DNA from: Thermodesulfobacteriota bacterium
GTDB lineage: Bacteria > Desulfobacterota > Desulfarculia > JACQYL01
Assembly (NCBI GenBank): GCA_963675595.2
Contig: CAXXLZ010000002.1
Span: 3,136,001 to 3,200,000, forward strand
DNA: 64,000 nucleotides
Reading direction: 5' to 3'
The translations under genes and the position numbers were made by a program. Shown here piece by piece: positions 49,234-59,730 of this stretch. Positions within the stretch are counted from its first letter, which is position 1. Each line of letters opens with the position of its first letter. The notes below the pieces were generated by a model. The model was not told where the DNA came from, made no database searches, and worked only from the letters and a program-made list of their open reading frames with translations.

Positions 49234-50994
49234 TCAACGTTCGTATGCCGGAGACTCTAGCCGCCGGCCGATCTGGGGGGAGCTGGAGACCTCTTTGGAA
49301 ACCGGATCTCTGTGAGGGAGGATGTCGTGACAATAGCGGTACCAGATGCTTTGACGCCAGGCGGCGTCCAGGTTTTGGCCGGAAGCTTTCAAGTCGCCCC
49401 GGAGCAGGGCGCGAACGCTGGACCCTAAGGGCCGCATGCCGACGACCGGTTTGGCGGAGTTGCACAGGCAGGCATAGAACAGGAGTAGAAAACACAGCAC
49501 CTTGAACAAAGCCCGTCGCCTTTCGGTCAGCCTCCAAGGGGGCAGCAGAAAGGCCGTGCTGAAGGCTCCGCAGGCGAAAAACACGCTGAAATAGGATACG
49601 TTTTCAGGGTGCCATTCTCCAACCAGGGCGATGAGGAGAAAGTACGCGGAAAGGCCCAGCATGGTGGTCTTCAGCCGCCTCGGTCCCCTGAACAGGCCGT
49701 AAACGACCGAAGGAAGCACAAGAAGGAATCCAAGGGGCCCGAACCAGGAGAGCCTCTCGTCCGGAAACCACGTCAAATGGAACGGAATGCAGGCCTCGGG
49801 GTCCGACGGAACCCAGGACACCACCAAATGGTAAATATGCTCCATCCAGACCAAAGGGCTCCATCCGGTGAATTCCCGGAACAAGATTTCGATCGGACGG
49901 GGAAGCTCGGCGCTCTCGATCAGGTATCGGAAAAGGTTGTCTACAGCCCCGATCAGCCCTCCGGTACTCGGCGGCATGTGGAACGGAGGTGTGGAGCCCA
50001 CCCAGGGCGCCCCATTGAGTACGTTGATCAGAAAGACCCAGCCTTGGGAAAACAGGAGAATCGCCGGCATGGGCAGAATCCAGTTTCGTTTTCGGCTTGA
50101 TATGAGGTGAACCCAATACGCGGCTCCATGTCTCGGAAAGAGCACCATGCACGAAAGTACGGCGGCCACCGCGGGAAAGGCGAAACAGAGCCGCCCGTCC
50201 CATAGACAGAAAAAGATGCCCAGGATCAAGAGAGTGAGATCATGCGCCGAGGGCTGTTCCGCGAGGCGGTACAGCACCAGAAGACAAAAGACCCCGCCGG
50301 CGGCGGGAATGATTTCCGCTCCCGGTGTGGTGGCGTGAAGAACGAGTCTGGGGAAACCGACGGCCACCAGGGTGACGGTGAAGGCGAGAGGAACCCAAGC
50401 GTAACGGCGAGCCAGAGCGTAAGTGCAGAAAGCGATGGATAAGTACCCGGTGAAGCCGAGGAGGCCGATCCCCAGGCGGGTTGGGTTTCGAAGAAACAGA
50501 CGGCACAGAATGAGCGAGTTCAAAGGGGGGAGGGCTGCGACGGTCGTTTTGGTTGTGACGGGCTCTCCACCGTTTCCAACGGCGGCAAGCAGATCCAGGT
50601 AAGGCCAAGGTTCGAGGTTCGGAGGCAGAAGATAGGCTTGAACGGCGAGATAACTCCAGGCAATGACCAACAAGGCGCTGGAAATGGGCCGTTCCTTGAT
50701 GAAAACCGACATTCTCCCACGGGCCTCGGAACAGAGATTTCGTTTGCGGTAGAGCATGAACAAAGCCGCCGCCGCGGAACAGAATTCAAGGACGGGGGCG
50801 ATGACGGGCAGATTTGAAAGAAACGCCGATTGGTAGATGAAGGAAAGCAACATGAAGGAGCAAATCACAGCGTAGCCCCCGGCTTCGGCCAGGGTGTTGC
50901 CGCGTGAACGAAAAAAGCAGAAACCGCCCAGAATAAACAGAAGCAGCTCTGCGATGGACATCATCGCCCATAGATGGGCTTCCATTGAGATCAT
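49234..50994 (-). CDS. Polytopic membrane protein, possibly a GT-C fold glycosyltransferase-like protein
   Basis: More than ten hydrophobic segments with periplasmic loops; family assignment tentative. Confidence 0.65.
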   Translation of the reverse strand: MISMEAHLWAMMSIAELLLFILGGFCFFRSRGNTLAEAGGYAVICSFMLLSFIYQSAFLSNLPVIAPVLEFCSAAAALFMLYRKRNLCSEARGRMSVFIKERPISSALLVIAWSYLAVQAYLLPPNLEPWPYLDLLAAVGNGGEPVTTKTTVAALPPLNSLILCRLFLRNPTRLGIGLLGFTGYLSIAFCTYALARRYAWVPLAFTVTLVAVGFPRLVLHATTPGAEIIPAAGGVFCLLVLYRLAEQPSAHDLTLLILGIFFCLWDGRLCFAFPAVAAVLSCMVLFPRHGAAYWVHLISSRKRNWILPMPAILLFSQGWVFLINVLNGAPWVGSTPPFHMPPSTGGLIGAVDNLFRYLIESAELPRPIEILFREFTGWSPLVWMEHIYHLVVSWVPSDPEACIPFHLTWFPDERLSWFGPLGFLLVLPSVVYGLFRGPRRLKTTMLGLSAYFLLIALVGEWHPENVSYFSVFFACGAFSTAFLLPPWRLTERRRALFKVLCFLLLFYACLCNSAKPVVGMRPLGSSVRALLRGDLKASGQNLDAAWRQSIWYRYCHDILPHRDPVSKEVSSSPQIGRRLESPAYER

Positions 50995-51122
50995 TATTCC
51001 ACCGAGGACGAAAATTCATTTTCACGCACGATTGATTCTCGTCGCGTAATGCCGGAGTGAATAAGTGTGCAACGACCTATCGTCGGCTCTTTCGATCAAT
51101 TGCCCGGTATCCCTCGGCATGC

Positions 51123-51482
51123 CTAATCCGTAGAGCCCGCCCCGGACCTTTCCGCGTCCTTGAGGGACTCTTTGGACTTCAGGTCTTCCACGATTTCCAC
51201 CATGAAGCGGTGCATATCACGAGCCAGCCGTAAGCATTCAGGGCAGTAGACCTTCTTGCGCAGTTTTCCGTGAACTTCGGTCTGGTGTCGGTACCAGGCC
51301 CCATAGGGGGAACCCTTGCAGAACTTCTGGCCCGTGTATTCGGCGATGGGGCACCCGAAGCAGACCAATACGTAATGAATCCGGCAGGGCGGGCAGTCCA
51401 GGACGCCTCCGTCCGACCCGCTTCCTCCGATAATCCGTTCCCACTTCCGAACGGAAGCCTCCATGATACGGGTCTTGATCAT
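51123..51482 (-). CDS. Small Cys-rich hypothetical protein (119 aa)
   Basis: CPPC, CFGCP, C and CPEC motifs; RBS before ATG 51482. Confidence 0.75.
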   Translation of the reverse strand: MIKTRIMEASVRKWERIIGGSGSDGGVLDCPPCRIHYVLVCFGCPIAEYTGQKFCKGSPYGAWYRHQTEVHGKLRKKVYCPECLRLARDMHRFMVEIVEDLKSKESLKDAERSGAGSTD

Positions 51483-51547
51483 TGTCTCATCCCTTCTACC
51501 GCTTACGTTTTCGTTGTTCCTTCCTTGTTTCGCCGGTGAAGCGGGCG

Positions 51548-52639
51548 TTAGGGCCTTCGCAGGCTCTTCCAGAAATGGCGATGCACGAGGGTGCATCGTT
51601 CGATCACGTGTCGGGTCTTTTTGCGATGCGCCTTTTCCGCCGTTTCTTCGACCGATGTGGACGTCATGCCGGACAGTTCGCGCAACACGCCGTCAACGGA
51701 CTCGGAAAGGGCCTTCAGGTCGTATCCGCCTTCGAGCACGAGCACGAGGCGACCTCCGCACGTGAGCTCGGCCAGGTCCATCAGGCAACGGGTGAGAGCG
51801 GCGAAACCTTTGGAAGTTACGTTCATTCCTCCCAAGGGGTCCTTTCGGTGAATATCGAAACCTGCGGATACCAGGATAAGCTCCGGCTCGAATTCGAGGG
51901 CGGCGGGTTTGAGGAGACGCTCGTACACGGCTGCGAACTCTGCGTCTCCATAGCCTCTCCTCATGGGGACGTTGATGGTGAAGCCCTCCCCTGAGCCCAT
52001 TCCCGTTTCGGTAAAATGACCGGTCCCAGGAAAGTGAGGGCGCTGGTGTGTGGAAAAGAACAGGATGGATGGGTCCCTTTCGAAGGCATGCTGCGTACCG
52101 TTTCCGTGATGCACGTCCCAATCGACAATGAGCACGCGTTTGAGGGCATGGGCCGCACGAGCGTAGGCGGCGCCCAAGGCCACTGAGTTCAGGAGACAGA
52201 AGCCCATGGCCCGGCTTCTTTCCGCGTGGTGCCCGGGCGGCCTTGCCGACACGAAGACGTTCCTCAAAGCACCCGAGAGTACGGCGTCCACGGCTTCGAA
52301 AACACCGCCCGCGGCCAACAGAGCAGCCCGGTAGGATCCTCTCGATGCCGGTGTATCGGGAGAGAGGGAGCTGAAGTCCCTTTCCCCGCTCGCCGCCAGA
52401 CGATTCAGGTAATCCGGGGAATGCACCAACAGGATTTCTTCCTTGACGGCTTCCCTCGGAGGGAGATCCAGCAGGCGATCGTTGAAGACGGGATCCGCAA
52501 GTACGGAGTAGATGGACTCTAAACGGCCGGGCTGTTCCGGATGGCCCTTGTCGGTGAGGTGCTCCAGAAATCTGACATCGCGTACGATGCCGGTTTTCAA
52601 TTTCGATTCAGGGTCCGCCATGTGCACTCGGGTTTCCAT
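51548..52639 (-). CDS. Histone deacetylase family protein
   Basis: HPEQPGRL, RPPGHHA, GFC, DWDVHHGNGTQ, SAGFD, LEGGY. Confidence 0.95.
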   Translation of the reverse strand: METRVHMADPESKLKTGIVRDVRFLEHLTDKGHPEQPGRLESIYSVLADPVFNDRLLDLPPREAVKEEILLVHSPDYLNRLAASGERDFSSLSPDTPASRGSYRAALLAAGGVFEAVDAVLSGALRNVFVSARPPGHHAERSRAMGFCLLNSVALGAAYARAAHALKRVLIVDWDVHHGNGTQHAFERDPSILFFSTHQRPHFPGTGHFTETGMGSGEGFTINVPMRRGYGDAEFAAVYERLLKPAALEFEPELILVSAGFDIHRKDPLGGMNVTSKGFAALTRCLMDLAELTCGGRLVLVLEGGYDLKALSESVDGVLRELSGMTSTSVEETAEKAHRKKTRHVIERCTLVHRHFWKSLRRP

Positions 52640-53552
52640 CGGGTGCGGGCACCACGAGGACGGAGCAAGGGGCCTTCCTCAGCACCGCTTCCGTTGTTGA
52701 GCCCAGAATTCGTTTTTCAAGAGGCCCTCTTCTGCGCACCCCCACCACGAGAATATCTGTATCGGAGGTGGAAGCGTAGAGCGGTAGTTGCTCGCCGGCA
52801 GGTCCGGGCAGCAGAACCAGTTTGATGCGTTCCTCGGCGAGAGATTCCACGTGAAAAGCATGGATCAAGCGCTCCCGCAGTCGCTCCTGAAACAGCTGCT
52901 GCACTTCCGGATACGGTCCATCGGTGGGATTGACGATACGCTCATCCATGGGTCTTTCCATGGCATGGAGAAGATGCACCTTCGATCGAAACGCGTCCGC
53001 CAGCTGAAGTGCGGAGTCCAGACTTCCGGTGCAATCCGCTGAAAGATCACATCCCACAAGAATCCTTCCCAGTCTCAGCGGGTGAAGATCGCCGGCCCGG
53101 GACGGCTCCGTACGTGAGCGAACCACCAACAAGGGAGAGGCAACGGTGCGGGCCAGTCGTTCCACCACCGTTCCCAGAAAAAGACGCTTAAATCCGGAAA
53201 GGCCGTGACTTGCGGCTATGATCAGGTCGGCTTGCCTTTCTTCCGAGATTCGCCGGATTTGTTCCACCGGTTCGCCGATGCCGATGACGGCTTCCCAAGA
53301 GGTGAAGGAGTCCGGAAAAGACTCGCGTATTCTCCGGTCGATTTGTTTCGAAGAGCGTTCCTTCTCGGTAAGAGGATACGGGTCGGATTTGCCGAAAGGA
53401 GAATCTGTGGGCTTAGGAAGAACGTGAGCAATAAGTAGGTGTGCACCGAAGCGTTGGGCAAACTCTCGGCCATACTTGAGCACGGTTCCGGAAAATGGGG
53501 AGAAATCAACCGCGCAGAGGACGTTCTGCAGCTTGTTTCGCATAATCCTCAC
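52608..53552 (-). CDS. Universal stress protein (two USP domains)
   Basis: LCAVDFS...LFLGTVVERL and LVGCDLS...LGSTTEAVLRKAPCSVLVVP. Confidence 0.92.
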   Translation of the reverse strand: MRIMRNKLQNVLCAVDFSPFSGTVLKYGREFAQRFGAHLLIAHVLPKPTDSPFGKSDPYPLTEKERSSKQIDRRIRESFPDSFTSWEAVIGIGEPVEQIRRISEERQADLIIAASHGLSGFKRLFLGTVVERLARTVASPLLVVRSRTEPSRAGDLHPLRLGRILVGCDLSADCTGSLDSALQLADAFRSKVHLLHAMERPMDERIVNPTDGPYPEVQQLFQERLRERLIHAFHVESLAEERIKLVLLPGPAGEQLPLYASTSDTDILVVGVRRRGPLEKRILGSTTEAVLRKAPCSVLVVPAPDGNPSAHGGP

Positions 53553-53922
53553 CGAAAAAGGAAAGAGGGGAGTCTAGCGTCCAAGCCTTCTCTCACGCTA
53601 GAACCAAGAAAAGATCTTGTCAAGCGATTTCGGTGCGAGCGGTGCCGGCTCCGGAACAAGATCAAAGATCAAGACCAAAAGGTTGGACTCATGATTTCGT
53701 TGTTCTATATTGGAAACGCTTGCCGGGTTCGTTGAAAAGAACCGACTCTTTCAGGCCGTTGGAAGACGACATGCGGGGCGTACGCAGGCACGAGCCTGCG
53801 GGAGGAATGAGACCCAATTCTCCTCCAGCCTACGGACCGAATCTTTCGACGCTCGATTCGGGAAGAATTTCAACCGGATTGGTAGGCACGACCTCGCGAA
53901 ATCTATCGTCGTCGGAGAAGAA

Positions 53923-54897
53923 ATGCGTCTCGTTTCCTTTGTTGTGGTGCTGTGTTGCCTCGCCGTCGTGTTGCTCCATCCAAGGCCTGTATTCCCTCAA
54001 CAACCGGTTGATCTTGAGACTTCGAGTCCGGCCCCTGAAGTCTCGCCGAGAGATACTCCGGCCTCCGTTCCCGAAACGTGGACCGAACCCGTGACAGGCA
54101 TGGAGTTCGTCCGAATTCCCACAGGGTGCTTTCTCATGGGCACTCCGCAGACGGAGAGCGGGCGAGATTTGGACGAGGGGCCCATGCGGCGGGTGTGCTT
54201 CGAGAGTTTCTGGATGGGGACGTACGAGGTCACCGTTAAACAGTTTCAATTGTTCGTGTCGGAAACGGGCTACAAAACCGGAGCGGAATACGGCAAGGGA
54301 TGCGAAGTCTACAAAGGTGAATTTCAATGGGACAAAGTCACTTATTGGCGGCGGCCCGGATTCTCCCAATCCGAGAGCGATCCCGTCGTCTGTGTGACCT
54401 GGAACGACTCCCGAGCGTTTGCTTACTGGTTGTCCAAAAAGACGGGTTTGTGGTTCCGACTACCCACGGAGGCCGAGTGGGAGTATGCCTGCCGTGCGCG
54501 GACAACGACCGCCCGCTGGTGGGGGAATAAGTCCGAGGACTCTTGCGAGTTCGCCAATGTACACGACAAGGTATCAAAAGAGATCAATGGGTTTCCCTGG
54601 GATGCGTCCGCTTGCAGCGACGGATTCGCACGAACCGCTCCGGTCGGGAGTTTTCCTCCGAACTCGTGGGGAGTTCATGACATCTTGGGAAATGTCTGGG
54701 AGTGGTGTGAGGATTCCTATGGCTTGTACAGGGAACCCGTCGAGGGGCACCGCCCCGTGGATGAAGGAGTCATTCGGGTGCTCAGGGGAGGGAGTTGGAA
54801 GTGTGGACCGGAAATGATCCGATGTGGTTATAGGAATGCGGCCGACTCGGACATTCGAAGCGACGGCATCGGTTTCCGACTGGTGAGAGTGCGGTAG
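53923..54897 (+). CDS. Formylglycine-generating enzyme (SUMF1/FGE-sulfatase) domain secreted protein
   Basis: F.MG, YEVT, PVVCVTWND, RLPTEAEWEYACR, GNVWEWC, RGGSW, GFRL; signal peptide from ATG 53923. Confidence 0.92.
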   Translation: MRLVSFVVVLCCLAVVLLHPRPVFPQQPVDLETSSPAPEVSPRDTPASVPETWTEPVTGMEFVRIPTGCFLMGTPQTESGRDLDEGPMRRVCFESFWMGTYEVTVKQFQLFVSETGYKTGAEYGKGCEVYKGEFQWDKVTYWRRPGFSQSESDPVVCVTWNDSRAFAYWLSKKTGLWFRLPTEAEWEYACRARTTTARWWGNKSEDSCEFANVHDKVSKEINGFPWDASACSDGFARTAPVGSFPPNSWGVHDILGNVWEWCEDSYGLYREPVEGHRPVDEGVIRVLRGGSWKCGPEMIRCGYRNAADSDIRSDGIGFRLVRVR

Positions 54898-54949
54898 TCC
54901 GCAACCTCTATCTGAGCGAGAGCCGGTTGTCCGACACCGAAAGGAGGAT

Positions 54950-55549
54950 TTGAACATGTCGGTGGAACCCGGAGGCTCGCGGTTGTTTGGAGCCCTAAGC
55001 CGCCTTGCCTGTGTGCTGCTGTTGGCGCCCTCTCTACTTTTTCTCGCCTGCACGACTTATCAAAAGGCCTTCTACGGTGTCCAGGGGTATACGCTCAGGC
55101 TGGACGGGAAGGCTTCCGTTTACATTGCACTTCCCGAGGACGCGAAGCGATCGGTGGAGTCTTTAGGCTCGACTAAGAGTGATGAGGAGAGCGAATTCGT
55201 CGGTTCGGGACGCCGGGCTGCGGATCTAATCGCGGAAGCCTTCAGGCGGCACTCCGTTGTCGTGGAAACGGCTTCAGAACGGCAATCATTGAAGGAGGCG
55301 CTGAAACGAGCGCGTGAGAACGGATTCGACTATCTGGTGCCGGCGGATTTGATTCAATGGACGGTCCGTAGTGAACATCGACGGGATCGGGTAAGCATGA
55401 AAGTCTCCGTGGTGGATGTGGCAAGCCGGAAGTCTTTGGAATCGGTAACCCTTCGGGGACTGAGCGCGGCGGCCACGGGGGTGAGCGCCGAGGAACTCCT
55501 GAAAGGCCCGGTAACGGGTTTCGTCGATTCCCTTTATTTCAAGGAATAG
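54950..55549 (+). CDS. Lipoprotein, DUF4823-like
   Basis: Lipobox FLAC; VYIALPED...GSG...AF...A...DYLV.....W pattern. Confidence 0.65.
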   Translation: MNMSVEPGGSRLFGALSRLACVLLLAPSLLFLACTTYQKAFYGVQGYTLRLDGKASVYIALPEDAKRSVESLGSTKSDEESEFVGSGRRAADLIAEAFRRHSVVVETASERQSLKEALKRARENGFDYLVPADLIQWTVRSEHRRDRVSMKVSVVDVASRKSLESVTLRGLSAAATGVSAEELLKGPVTGFVDSLYFKE

Positions 55550-55636
55550 GCTGTTGAGACCGGCGGATGTCGTAATTGAAGTCCCATGAATTTACAGCGC
55601 CGGCCTGCGGCGACCGGCCCCATCCAAGGGGTCGTT

Positions 55637-55672
55637 AAAGGAAAGGGCGCACTACGGACGCCCTTTCCTTTT
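55637..55672. terminator. Bidirectional intrinsic terminator
   Basis: AAAGGAAAGGGCG...CGCCCTTTCCTTTT between convergent genes. Confidence 0.75.
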
Positions 55673-55704
55673 GCCTGTTTGTTCAGGATCCTATCAGTTT
55701 GATC

Positions 55705-57969
55705 CTATTGGATACCGTGGCAACTGCAGCAATCAAGCCGCGGTGAATGACCCGCGGGTTGCGCGCTGATGGGTCCCGGTCCGCAGAGCTCTTCCTGAGA
55801 GCCCTCTCCGGTCGAACTCCCCGGTGCGAACCGGACGAACTCGAAGCTCCCCCCTTCCTCCGTCATATGGGTTTTGGCTTCAATGTCGTCGTGACAGGAC
55901 GAACAGGTTGAGGCGATGGGAGTGATGTTCGTGTCGTCGTCGGGGTCCGCCGGATCGCTTCCGGTGTTGATGGACGTGGGCAGCACGTTGTCCCCGAAGC
56001 TCGGCAGTTCAAACGTTCCGGAGCTGTGACACGCCGCGCAATCGCTAAGGGGGCGTGGAAAAATGACCTCGCCGAAGTCGTTGACGCTTCCTCCGAACCC
56101 GTAAACGATGATGCCTTCCTCTCGGAAGCCGCCCATGTCGGAAGCACCCGCGTGAATGGCGTGGATCATGTATTTGAAGTCAATGGTTTCTTCGGATTTC
56201 CCGTCCGGCGTTCCTGCGGCGTCGGCCGGCCTTCGGTTGATATCGGTGGCGTCGGCATTATGGCAGATGACGCAAAGTTGGATCTCATTGTTCCGGTTTC
56301 CGCCGTGCAGGCTGAGCTGTCCATGACAGTCGTTGCAGTTGTCGATGTCCACTACGCTCCTGCGGCTTACGGGGGTGACGTCGGTAACGGCGAAAGGCTG
56401 AACCACGCCTTTGACCGGGACCCGCACGTCGTAGACTCCCGGTTCGGATTCCACCGCCGGATGCCCTTCGATGGCCGCCACGCCGGAGCCCTCAACCGTG
56501 GCGGGTATGGCGACGGGCGAGGTGACGGAGAACGTTCCGTCGTTGTTGTCCACGGCTTCGGCGACGGGATTGATGGAGATGGGCATGGCCGGAGTCGAAC
56601 CGCTGCCCTGGTTCGTGTAGTCGGACGTATCCCATCCGATGAGGATCGCAACGCGACTGGCGCCGCCCGGTGCGTTGAATTCCGGATCGTGGAGGATGTC
56701 GTAAGGTGCCCCACCGTTGCTCGGATCGGTAACCGAGAAGGTGATTACCGGAAACTGCCCGGGTTCCGTGTTGGTGATTCCGACGATGTTGTACTGGAAA
56801 CGTGCCGCGGCTTCCAGTTCCGGGATGACGTGGGAATCCGTCACTCCCGCGGCGCCGCCGGAAGCGGGATGGCAAACCACGCATTTGCTGTTGTCGGTTT
56901 GGGCGCCGCCGCCATGGTTTTCGCCTGTGGAGAAGTCCACATTATCGTGACAGGAACCGCACGCCGCCATCGTGGGAACGTTCTTCCAGTAATCACCCTC
57001 CGGTGTGCTCGCGTCCGTGCCGTCATGGCACTTGTAGCATCGGCGGATATCCTGGGGATACACCACGTGGGAATAGTCGTGTTTGGCGTCCCGGTAACCG
57101 TAAATGGCGTATTCCCCGCCCGCCTCCACGCTCGGAAGGTTCGCCCCGTAGTGAATCTTATGAATCATCACCTTGAGGTCCACCGTATTACCGCTGTTGG
57201 CGTCCGTGCTTCCCGGGTTGTGGCACGACTCGCAGTATTCCACTGCCGTCCGGTCGCCACCGTGAAGACCGAGCCTTCCATGGCATTCATTGCAGGAGGC
57301 GTTGTCCACGATACTTCGGCTCAAGGGGGTGGTTGCCCCATCGGGCACGAAATCCAATATTGCGTTGTTGTTGTTTCCTGAAACCTGCATGGCCAGGCGA
57401 TGCGTGGCCGAGGCGTCGTAGGGAACGGAAACGGGAGAATTCACATTCTGAATGTCGAAGGAGAAGGTATAGCTATAGGTTCCATCTTGATTGTCGACGA
57501 ACACTCCTCCTTGGGCATTAGCTGTTTCGGCCGTCGCCTGCACTCGGCTCACGGTGCCCGGGCCGACGCCCGGTTCTTCAATGGTGTTGATGTAGCTCTG
57601 CCAGGAATCGGCGTCTCCGTCCACTCCGGGAATCAATCGAACCAGTGTGAAACGAATACTCGAGGGAGCAACCAGGGCCAGAGGTTGCCCGTTGTCGAAC
57701 AAGCGGAAATCAACCGTAACCGTGCCGTCGACAATGGTCACCGAATCGATGGCCGCGGTGACGGTCTTCTCTTCCGCTGCGTGTTGGGCCGCCACGTCCA
57801 CGATTCTTCCGGGCTCGTGGCACAATCTGCATTCTTCATTATAAAATTGCTCGACGAGTCCGGACGTCGAGTCACCGGACCCCCCGCTTTCGCTGCTGCA
57901 ACCGACGAAAACCATGGCGCAGCCGAACAAAAGGCTGAATATGAGACCACAGATAGACCGACCGTCCAT
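55705..57969 (-). CDS. OmcA/MtrC-family outer-surface multiheme cytochrome c lipoprotein (11 CxxCH)
   Basis: Lipobox FVGC; beta domains with DGTYSYTF; LHGG.R, MIHKIH and MIHAIH motifs; 11 CxxCH counted. Confidence 0.92.
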   Translation of the reverse strand: MDGRSICGLIFSLLFGCAMVFVGCSSESGGSGDSTSGLVEQFYNEECRLCHEPGRIVDVAAQHAAEEKTVTAAIDSVTIVDGTVTVDFRLFDNGQPLALVAPSSIRFTLVRLIPGVDGDADSWQSYINTIEEPGVGPGTVSRVQATAETANAQGGVFVDNQDGTYSYTFSFDIQNVNSPVSVPYDASATHRLAMQVSGNNNNAILDFVPDGATTPLSRSIVDNASCNECHGRLGLHGGDRTAVEYCESCHNPGSTDANSGNTVDLKVMIHKIHYGANLPSVEAGGEYAIYGYRDAKHDYSHVVYPQDIRRCYKCHDGTDASTPEGDYWKNVPTMAACGSCHDNVDFSTGENHGGGAQTDNSKCVVCHPASGGAAGVTDSHVIPELEAAARFQYNIVGITNTEPGQFPVITFSVTDPSNGGAPYDILHDPEFNAPGGASRVAILIGWDTSDYTNQGSGSTPAMPISINPVAEAVDNNDGTFSVTSPVAIPATVEGSGVAAIEGHPAVESEPGVYDVRVPVKGVVQPFAVTDVTPVSRRSVVDIDNCNDCHGQLSLHGGNRNNEIQLCVICHNADATDINRRPADAAGTPDGKSEETIDFKYMIHAIHAGASDMGGFREEGIIVYGFGGSVNDFGEVIFPRPLSDCAACHSSGTFELPSFGDNVLPTSINTGSDPADPDDDTNITPIASTCSSCHDDIEAKTHMTEEGGSFEFVRFAPGSSTGEGSQEELCGPGPISAQPAGHSPRLDCCSCHGIQ

Positions 57970-58011
57970 GAAACCCTCCCCTTCTTTGGCGAAACCGCCC
58001 GCCAACTTAGG

Positions 58012-58602
58012 TTACCGGTTCAGATAGACCTCTTCGAATATCGCGATGGCTTTCTTTACGGTGAAGGTTGCGGATCTCGAGGAGATGGTGGCTCCGCTGA
58101 TTCCGGTGATGTCCCTGCCCACCTGCAACATGGACTTGCTCGACTTCCCCACGTATTGATCCAAATAGCTCCGTCGGGCGATGGGCCTGCCTCGTTTTTC
58201 CTGGTAACTCATTACCCGGACTCCGGTGACCACGCCCGTGAGGTCCATGGCGACGATGAATTCCACCGGTCCCCATTTCCCCGGTTCTACATCGATCATG
58301 GCCACCCCGACTTTTTCCCCGTCCTTCTCGGCGAAATAGAAGGTGACTTTTTTCTTTGCCGTCACCACTTCGGACTCCGAGCCTTCCTGGTAGTAGACCA
58401 GATTTCCTCCAAGGCGTTCTTGAATCCGATCCAGTGTGTCTCCTTTCAGCCTCACGGTCTGTTTGATGATCTTGACGTCCGGGCCGAAGACTTCGACCAG
58501 GGCTTCTGTCTCCGTCAATAGAGTGAAGGCGTGCCCGGATGCGGTCCATGCCAGGAAAACGGCAAAGAAACCCAATGCGATAGAAGCGATCCTTTTCATC
58601 AT
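58012..58602 (-). CDS. Periplasmic FMN-binding (flavinylated) protein
   Basis: Signal peptide; GKWGPVEFIVA; ApbE target motif DITGISGATISS. Confidence 0.9.
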   Translation of the reverse strand: MMKRIASIALGFFAVFLAWTASGHAFTLLTETEALVEVFGPDVKIIKQTVRLKGDTLDRIQERLGGNLVYYQEGSESEVVTAKKKVTFYFAEKDGEKVGVAMIDVEPGKWGPVEFIVAMDLTGVVTGVRVMSYQEKRGRPIARRSYLDQYVGKSSKSMLQVGRDITGISGATISSRSATFTVKKAIAIFEEVYLNR

Positions 58603-58613
58603 GTGGTCTTCTC

Positions 58614-59636
58614 CTATGGTTCTTTCGGTAATGAGTGAAGCCCCTCCTTCAAACCCGGAGAGAGCAATACCTTTCCTTCGGAGGTGATCATGACGACTTC
58701 CATGCCGGGAATTCGCTCGACGGCCTTGAACCCCGCCTCCGGCCCCATAACGAACACCGCCGTGTTCCAGGCATCCGCGAGGGTCGGATCGGAGTAGAGG
58801 GTCGTGGTGCCTCTCAGACCTTCGGCGGGATATCCGGTCCTCGGGTCGAAAATATGGTGATAGCGTTTTCCATCCTTCATGAAGAACCGCTCATAATCCC
58901 CGGACCCGACGACAGCCATATCCTCCACCTCGACATAACCCAGAAGATCATCGCCTCGGGGGTCCACGATCCCTACCTTCCACGGGTTCGGTCCCTTCTT
59001 TCCCAGAGCGTACACGTCTCCTCCGGCATCGATGAGAGCCGAATTCAGCCCTTCGGATTTCAAGACTTCCAATCCTTGACCCACCGCGTATCCCTTGGCA
59101 ATTCCGCCCAGGTCAATTTCGACGTCCGGTCTGGTCTTCTCGAGACGGCCTTCGTTTATGATGAGATAACGGAATCCGACTCGCTTCAGGCATTCCTCGA
59201 TCGCTTTCGGGTCCGGGAGGCTCGGATGGTCGCCGTAGAATCCCCAGAGTTCGATGAGGGGAGCCACGGTGATGTCGAAGGCGCCTTCGGTATCGCGACT
59301 GATTTCCAAAGCCTGCCGTACCAACCTCACGACTTCAGGGTCCGAAATGGGAGTTCCCTTGCGGTTGAAATCGTACAAGGGGCTCTGAGGTTTTAGGTTG
59401 TTGAATTTAAGATTAATTTCCTCCATGCGATCAAAAGCGTGATCCACGATTTCGGAAACCCGGTTCTTGGGGCCGACGGCATATATGGTCACAAAAGTGT
59501 CCATCATAATGCGCGTCTTCTTCTCCACGTGGTACCTGTACGAGTTGTACGTGCGCAACAGGAGCAACGCGGCGATGATCAGGAACAGGATCAGCACGGG
59601 AATCTTGAACTTCAGAGAAGAGTAGAATCGCTTCAA
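58614..59636 (-). CDS. apbE: FAD:protein FMN transferase ApbE
   Basis: MDTFV, GAFDITVAPL..LWGF, DLGGIAKGYA, SGDYERF, YHHIFDPRTG; N-terminal TM; GGAGG before TTG 59636. Confidence 0.95.
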   Translation of the reverse strand: MKRFYSSLKFKIPVLILFLIIAALLLLRTYNSYRYHVEKKTRIMMDTFVTIYAVGPKNRVSEIVDHAFDRMEEINLKFNNLKPQSPLYDFNRKGTPISDPEVVRLVRQALEISRDTEGAFDITVAPLIELWGFYGDHPSLPDPKAIEECLKRVGFRYLIINEGRLEKTRPDVEIDLGGIAKGYAVGQGLEVLKSEGLNSALIDAGGDVYALGKKGPNPWKVGIVDPRGDDLLGYVEVEDMAVVGSGDYERFFMKDGKRYHHIFDPRTGYPAEGLRGTTTLYSDPTLADAWNTAVFVMGPEAGFKAVERIPGMEVVMITSEGKVLLSPGLKEGLHSLPKEP

Positions 59637-59730
59637 CCGGTCTTCCTCCAAAGAGCGGAATCCTCCCGGACTCCGGAAATCGGGTTAATTCGAATTGATC
59701 AGAGCATACCGTCGGCATACCTGTCTCCGA

